In this document: positions 57,701-64,000 of the stretch, in pieces
Position numbering within the stretch: position 1 is the first letter of the stretch
Layout: every line of letters begins with the position of its first letter
DNA from: Clytia hemisphaerica
Lineage: Eukaryota
Assembly (NCBI RefSeq): GCF_902728285.1
Contig: NW_027104280.1
Coordinates: forward strand, 483,995-547,994
Reading direction: 5' to 3'
DNA length: 64,000 bases
Translations under genes and position numbers: made by a program
The notes under the pieces: generated by a model
What the model saw: the letters and a program-made list of their open reading frames with translations, nothing else
The model's database searches: none
What the model was told of the DNA's origin: nothing

Positions 57701-59710
57701 ACAACTCACGTGATCAAATTGACATTTTGCAAACTGTCTTAGATGGTCAATATCTATCACTAGTGAACATTTCAACTCAAAAGTTCCAGTAGTTCCTGAG
57801 TACCGGCAGAGGGTTGGCAAACGATATCATCCACCAGGATGCATCCTCTCTTATTTTCCCCCTACTTTCTTTTTTCCTATCTTCTATCCTGATTTTCTGA
57901 CTTTCCCAAGTTCCGGAGTACCGGCAGGGAGTCTACATGTATTTTACAGACCGGTCGCATGACCAAATACTCATGTGACCAAATTTTCTCCGTTACTCGT
58001 CTTTTCTATTTGACAAAATAGCCTTAAGAAACAAATTTCAATCATCCAAAAGAAACTACTGGTCTACTAAACTACAAACTAAATCTACTGCTGGTAAAAG
58101 TTTCAAGTTCATAGAACTTGTCAATCTTGAGATTTTAAGGTGCTTCTATGAAGATTCGTTATTTATTCGTTATTTCGTTAATTCGAAAGGTTAACAACAA
58201 GAGTATCGAAGGGGAAAAAGTGTGTTAGCCCTTTTGCAATGTAGGTGTAATTATTCTTACCTTTGTCTGAATAAATCGTTGAAATCCCCTGGAGTATTTT
58301 TCAATCCATTATTTTATTCACGGCTGTGTGACCACTATCCCGCCATTATGAAAAAGCTTCTATTTTGATCTCAGATATACTGTAGACCCGTATTATCTCT
58401 AAAATGTTTTTTACTTTTCGACGAGTTATAGCGCTCACTCTGATACAACATGATCTGGAAGCCTTTCTAACTCTTCACATTAAATTCTTCATTAGGTGGT
58501 GGAAGGATGTGTGTCCGAGAGAAAGATATTGTTTGCTATGGATAATAGATGGACAGAAATGTATAAGGAGCAACTTCAAGGCTGCCCATCCCTCACTCCT
58601 ATCGATGCTGCAAACATATTACTGTATCTCTTATGGAAAGCACAGAAGGATGAAAATGAAGTTGTATTTTATGGGAAAAGAGGAGAAATCATAAAGTTGA
58701 AAGCCTTTGCAGAAAATAAGTTGGAACATTTTGAAAAAGATTTACGGGAGGTAGGGTTTTCTATATTTGACAGAATAGACTGGAGTCGATTAGAATCCGT
58801 GTAATACAGTAATAAGGTTGTTTTACGATAATACGATAACTGTTACGGGATAATATCAGTTTGTGTACCACGATTTGTCCCCTCCATTATTGGACCTACC
58901 TCCGGGTACCCCGGTGGAGGTTCTATAAATTAACCCATGTCCGTTCGTTAGTTCGTCCGTCCGTCTGTTACCAGCTTTTCTCAGGATTGGCTCATTAGCT
59001 TTTTCTGATTTTTTACTCAATGATGCAAAATGGCAATGCCCAGAACGTGACGGAGCCCGATTTTTGAGAAAAAATTTATTTGGGCAAATTTGGGCCAAAA
59101 ACAGCTTCAAAGTTTTTTTGGGCCTGAATGGTTCAAGTGATTTTCATATTTGGGGAAATTCCTTTTTACCATTTTACATTATTCAACACACAAGCTTTAT
59201 TTTTCCATTCTGAATTTCTGTACAATTATTGTCACTTTTTTCTTATTTTCATCTTATGTTAATCATTAGGTAGGCCTATTCAACATGTTGCTTGTTTTTT
59301 GATTATTTTCTGTATTGTCGTCTAGTATGCTAAGCTAAAAATATGTACCTTCTTTCGGCCCTTGCATTTTTTCATTTAATGAGTTTCATCGGCTTTATAA
59401 TTACACTATACTGTTTTCTTTCCAGAAATCATCAAAAGCTGGCCCAATAAATTTGATCAAAACCATCGAGCATGCCGAGAAATTGAAAAAGTTTGATGCC
59501 ATTGTAGTGTTGACGGATAAAAAACCACGTTTTGCGACTGGTGGTGTAATCAACGAATGGGAGAAGTACAAGAAGATACTCCCTGATGCTAAAATGGTTT
59601 TAGTGTGTTTGAATGAATGTAAATGTTTTGGATTTGGGAGAGATGATATGTTATACATGTGTGGTTGGGATGAAAATAGTTTTGCAAATATAGCTCATTT
59701 TCTGATGTGA
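53891..59710 (+). CDS. Divergent TROVE-domain / vWA-like paralog E (MIDAS degenerate); 5' exon(s) and start codon not identified
   Basis: join(<53891..54712,55045..55280,55529..55717,56043..56198,58496..58750,59426..59710). Motifs: LGEYEYYGINELKKF, WEPLRRRMIARFYNRYEPHELLYMTTRHKQR, QPMTSSVFQKIELLEEIKSL (cf. B exon 2 QPMDPITSQILQHIKVLEEVKNL), ILRSLLPGMPIGTLIFKLG...RLHPFK, ILKAAKCYSTGQAD...LTWKPSPQIIDALYEAFR, RKILFAMDNRWTEM (MIDAS lost), DAIVVLTDKKPRFATGGVINEWEKYKKILPDAKMVLVCL. There is no in-frame ATG in the first recognisable exon. Confidence 0.6.
55045..55280 (+). CDS. Paralog E exon
   Basis: Acceptor ttttttag|ga; donor aag|gtgatt. Confidence 0.6.
55529..55717 (+). CDS. Paralog E exon
   Basis: Acceptor ccgtag|att; donor aag|gtaaaa. 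Confidence 0.6.
56043..56198 (+). CDS. Paralog E exon
   Basis: Acceptor ctttcag|att; donor cag|gtttgt. Confidence 0.6.
56355..57068. mobile_element. Foldback element (~300-bp inverted arms) in the exon 4-5 intron of paralog E
   Basis: ctaaagtctattcacgataagtgtgcactc... is the reverse complement of ...gagtgcacacttatcgtgaacagactttaaag. Inner arms tgatgacgttagatgatcaagg also match. Confidence 0.75.
58496..58750 (+). CDS. Paralog E exon (degenerate MIDAS)
   Basis: Acceptor cattag|gtg; donor gag|gtaggg. Confidence 0.6.
58892..59276. mobile_element. GGACCTACC-family element in the last intron of paralog E
   Basis: ggacctacctccgggtaccccggtggaggttc ... ttaggtaggcc. Confidence 0.65.
59426..59710 (+). 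CDS. Paralog E terminal exon
   Basis: Acceptor tttccag|aaa; stop tga at 59708-59710. Confidence 0.6.
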   Translation, partial: KSSKAGPINLIKTIEHAEKLKKFDAIVVLTDKKPRFATGGVINEWEKYKKILPDAKMVLVCLNECKCFGFGRDDMLYMCGWDENSFANIAHFLM

Positions 59711-59790
59711 AGTCTGAAGCAGCTCATTTTGTATTTCTTCAACAGCTTCCACTCATAAATCTTCATATTGCCTTAATCGCCTCATTTTTT

Positions 59791-60239
59791 GGCCCTACCT
59801 CGGAGGTCCTTTAAATCAACCGATGTTTGTTACCAGCTTTTCTCGGGATTGGCTTATTAGTTTTTTCTTATTTTTTGTACATAGATGCAAAATGGTGATG
59901 CCCAAAAAGTGACGCCCGACTTTTAAATACAATTTTTTCCGGTCGAAAAAATATACCGGAATCACCGTTTTTGGAGATTTTTGTTGGACTTTTTCTTTGT
60001 TTTTTTTTTCACACAAAAACATCATTGATAACACCATCAAGCATGATTCAATTGTCAATAAAACTGATTTTTGCAATCAGAATTTTCTATTTCTTTTTTC
60101 CCTACTCCCCTTCCCTCTCCCCTCATCAACAATCAATGATAAATTTAATGCGTTATGTATGCAATTTCGCTAAATTTTTTGACTGATTGTTTTCATTTTT
60201 ATCCTTATTGCTATCTAACTTTCATCATTAGGTAGGTCC
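59791..60239. mobile_element. GGACCTACC-family element downstream of paralog E
   Basis: ggccctacctcggaggtcc ... ttaggtaggtcc. The 3' flank attcagcatctagcttgtt is shared with 14721. Confidence 0.65.
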
Positions 60240-62446
60240 ATTCAGCATCTAGCTTGTTAATACAGGGATACATGACAATTCGAACCTAATTTCTCAAAGA
60301 TTTCCTTCACCCTTCCAATTAGTTTGCAAATGAAAAATAAAAGCCGTTTGTTGGGACCCCTTACTCATGACCACTATACGATATCACTCTGGTCTTGACA
60401 AACATTTTCGCGATTTCAACGGCGAAATAGGAGCAGAAGTGTGATTGTTTAATGTAGTATTTTTTACTGGTATGTTAGGATTTTATTGGATTTGTTTTTC
60501 ATTGAATTTTTTATAATTTTAAAATTCTAATGATAAGAGTTTTGTTTGTTTGTTTTGCCAATTGCAGGTCGATAGTATAAAGTACATTGTCCGTCTTTTG
60601 ATCCGCGTTTTAAAGTTCGGGTATTCAATTTATTTTCAGAATTTTTGAAAATTGATTAAGTTCTGTTGCTTCAATCTTCGCACGAACTTTGTCTTTTCCC
60701 GTGGAATGATAAATTTTGAGCGACGAATCGTAATTTATTTACCGCCTGCACAACTGTTTAAATTACACCCATGGGTAAAAGCTGAGAGGAGAACCTTTTG
60801 CATTTCAATGCTTTTTTTAGGGAAAAAGGTTTTAAATATTTGTGCCATATTTTCTTTATTGCACTACTAATTATATGATAGATACGAAATGGAACTTGTA
60901 AATTTTATAATTTTATAATTTTATAATTCATAGACACGTAGGACGCTTAGCTTAGTATATTGTATATGAGAATGATATGTATTCGTGTCTAGTTTCTTAG
61001 AAATCTTCTTAAAATGCTTCCATTTGAATGACAGTAGAGTCTTTTCAACTCAAAAAATTTTACTCGTCTCTTTAGTTAACAATGCCTTATAAGCCTTACT
61101 CTATAACTCGAAATTTTTTTAACTCGGACAATTTTACATTCCTCCTGCTTGTTCGAGTTATGGAGATTTCACTGTATTTCTCATAAGTCTTGTAAGATTT
61201 AAAGGTTTTGTTTTTAAATAAGAGTGATATCGTTTGCTTAGTCATCAATTTTATTTACAAGTTTTTTCACATTGGATTGACACGGGTATGGAGCAAGATT
61301 GACCAGAAAGAGGAAAAGGAAACATTTTTTTGCTTACATCAGCATAATATAACAAAAGGCAGACATTGTCCTGATATGAAACATGTGTCTGATATGAAAC
61401 GGGAACACTTACGTAAAAATAAAACCTTTAAACCGGAGAGATGATTTATGTGAATCACAAATACCTTTTCCACCATTTTAAAGTAATATTTTATAAAAGC
61501 AATGGTTGAGTTGGAAAGAGATTGAAATAGTGGATCTCTTGAAAATAGGGGATCTCTCTTCTGACGAGCAAAGAATAGACCTTATCGGAGTTTTTTATTT
61601 TTCTAAAAAAGCGATGCATTGTGGGATTGTTTCGAGTGTATTACAATAGAAATCTCTTAGGAATTCCTCGAGGGAATTCTATTGTAATACACTCGAAACA
61701 ATCCCACAATGCATCGCTTTTTTAGAAAAACGAAAAACTCCGATAAGGTCTATTCTTTATTAGACATTATTAACGTACAGAAAAAATCTGTACCACCTTT
61801 GTACTTGTTTAAGTGATGTTTTTGTGGAAGAGGGCATAAGGAATTTCTAGTTTGTTATTTTTGATTTTCTTGATTTATTTGACTAATCTGTTAATTTTTC
61901 TACTTTTAGACTAGATAATGCTCAAAGAAATGAGCGAAAGATCTTGTAAATGTAAGTGTTTTTCCCTGTCTGAAAAAAAGATTGAAATTATCATTATATT
62001 ATCATTATTATGATTTCTTTAATTTTAGCAAGATATAACCAGCAAAAAAACAAGAGAAAAAAATAAAAACTCAAGCAGAATAATGCTGGTGGAACTGTGA
62101 TACAAATTTGAGGAGGCGCAACTATCATGGATGGTAATTTTCATTTACATCTCTATCTCTTGCTCAATATTACTAATACAGTCTCATTCCTTGGGGTGTG
62201 TGGTCTTTTCCCATTCCGATAACGCCCAGCCCCTTGATAGGTATTTTACCACCTGGCAAGCATCAAAGCGCCCTCTTCTCTGGTCAAGAAAACATCCTTA
62301 GAAGAAACATTGTTCTTCTAACCCTGGACAAAGCATCGTTAAATTCTTTTTTCTTAAAATGTCAAATCTAAAGCAACACTGATTTAACTTTTGGCACCGC
62401 CTTTATTTTTTGACTCTTTTCTTTCGACTACATTTTAGATTTCAAA

Positions 62447-62524
62447 ATGGCCGATGGAAAACCTACCGGAGAAGAATTAAAGACTGGTAACGAAGAAGAA
62501 TGTGGACACGCCCAAAGTGTAAAG
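62447..62524 (+). CDS. DDX60: DDX60-like helicase, exon 1 (MADGKPTGEELKTGNEEECGHAQSVK)
   Basis: ATG at 62447; donor aag|gtaatt. Joins in frame to the next exon. Confidence 0.5.
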
Positions 62525-63259
62525 GTAATTCTCAAGCTGATCTGCACAAGCTTGGGTTTGGTATAGTGATTACCATATACCACAAGGTTACAGAAAAAGC
62601 ATCGAATATTACAGAAATACAATATACATTTTTTACCAAAAAGACTTTTAGCTCCGTTTTACCATGGTCATTATAAAAACTGGTCTGGAAGGCTTCATTG
62701 TTAAAAGATGGAGCTTACGTACCATTATCGATTTTTTATCATGTGATTAGAAAATAGACCAATCCCAAGAGGAGATTTTGGTAACGTGATCAAAAAGTAG
62801 GCAAATCACAACTTGTCTTTTGTTTGTAACAAAAGAAAATTGAACAAAAAGCTAAAACAATACATTCCCAGACCGGAGGTTTTTATAATAACTATGGGTT
62901 AACTGTGTATAGAAAACTTAAAATGTTGAAGCAGCAAATATGTAAAACAGAAAAAATGAAGCGACTGCTTTTGTAGAAGTTTACTGTGTACATCTAAGCT
63001 CAACATTGTCATAAACGGTTATCGTTCACAAGCTTGAGGCAATTTGTTTTTATATCTGAAAAAGCAATTAAATTCAGAAACAACGCATCTTAAGCTGAAA
63101 GTCAAAAACATTCCAACATAAAAAGAAATTTGCGATATCCTTGTTGGCTTTAATTCCCAAATAATTTAATTCCGAAATAAACATCTGACAATCTAATTAA
63201 TGGAGGCATGCAACACATATTTGTCAATTATTTCTAATATCATTTTCTTCGTACCTCAG

Positions 63260-64000
63260 AACGAAGCGGTTGACAAAAAAGTCGAAACCACGAATGAGGA
63301 AGCGAACGATGTGATGGACAGTGAAAAGAAAGAAGATGGGAAGAGTGCAGACAGCAAAGGAAAGAAGCAAGAATCATTGAAACAAAAAGATGGGAAAGCT
63401 CAGAAAGGAAAAAGCAACAAAGACAAAAAGAAGGAAAAGAAAGACCAAAAGAAAAAGAAGAAGGATGAAGCGAAAAAATCAGTGAACGAAGAGAAGAAAA
63501 CAGAAAGACCATCTGATACGTTACCTCGACTTGTTGACATCAAGAGTGAATTTTCCGCTACCAATACGTTTTTAGTGGATGGAGATAGCTTGATGTTGTC
63601 TTGTTTAGAAGACCAAAATGTAAGATGGTTACACGGTGGAGTGTTCTTGCATCTCATTTACCTGGTGGAACGAAAGTTGCAAATATTCTTCGAGAAGAAA
63701 GCCAATTTCAATATCGTCTTTTTCAAATTCGCTGCACCAACTTTGTGGCGAGGTGACGAATCGTTGACCTTGTTTCGTGAGGTACTTATCATCCATTTGC
63801 AACAATCTTTGAAACTCGAAGTTTTGACGGAATTCCTTAGTCCTTGGGATGAAAGATTTGTTCAATATACGAGCGATAATAACCCAAACTTAATGTTGAT
63901 GTGCGAAAGTTCTACAAACGAGAAGAGAAAATCATGGTTCAAAAAGATCGTGAAATATTTCTTGGGGTTAGCAATTAACGTAGCTTTCCTTGATGATATT
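63260..64000 (+). CDS. DDX60: DDX60-like helicase, exon 2 (K/E-rich linker then conserved DDX60 N-terminal domain), open to the window edge
   Basis: TFLVDGDSLMLSCLEDQN...FLHLIYLVERKLQIFFEKKANFNIVFFKFAAP...LTLFREVLIIHLQQSLKLEVLTEFLSPWDE aligns with human DDX60 N-terminus FFLIDGDSLLITCICEISFKPGQNLHFFYLVERYLVDLISKGGQFTIVFFKDAEY...LSLRTALILHLQKNTTIDVRTTFSGCLSKEW (recalled from memory). Confidence 0.7.

Overview
This is eukaryotic, most likely invertebrate metazoan, nuclear DNA: AT-rich, with short GT-AG introns and many MITE/foldback repeats. Gene identities were assigned by recognising conserved protein motifs by eye and recalling human homologue sequences from memory; no database search was run. 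Gene content in order: (1) the 3' portion of a UBR-type N-recognin E3 ubiquitin ligase gene on the + strand (window edge to 15457), with exons verified for the RING-H2 region, the CPxC loop, the C-terminal Cys-rich UBR autoinhibitory region and the final exon to the stop codon. (2) A single-exon class-A GPCR nested antisense in a UBR intron (5514-6536, minus strand). (3) A compact two-exon asparagine synthetase gene on the minus strand (17080-18914). (4) About 8.5 kb of repeat-rich intergenic DNA with several long palindromes. (5) A tandem array of five TROVE-domain / Ro60-like genes, all on the + strand, here called A to E. A, B and C are canonical Ro60-like genes with an intact vWA MIDAS motif (DVSGSM or DVSDSM). 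B and C are a recent ~9 kb / ~6 kb segmental duplicate pair that differ by MITE insertions, a polyQ expansion and large intronic 45-bp satellite arrays. D and E are divergent paralogs in which the MIDAS motif has degenerated. (6) A small basic Cys-containing ORF on the minus strand between D and E. (7) The 5' end of a DDX60-like antiviral helicase gene running off the 3' edge. No rRNA, tRNA, CRISPR array or recognisable Y RNA was found by eye. The most interesting feature is the five-gene Ro60/TROVE expansion sitting next to a DDX60-like helicase gene, and the repeats next to its splice sites.
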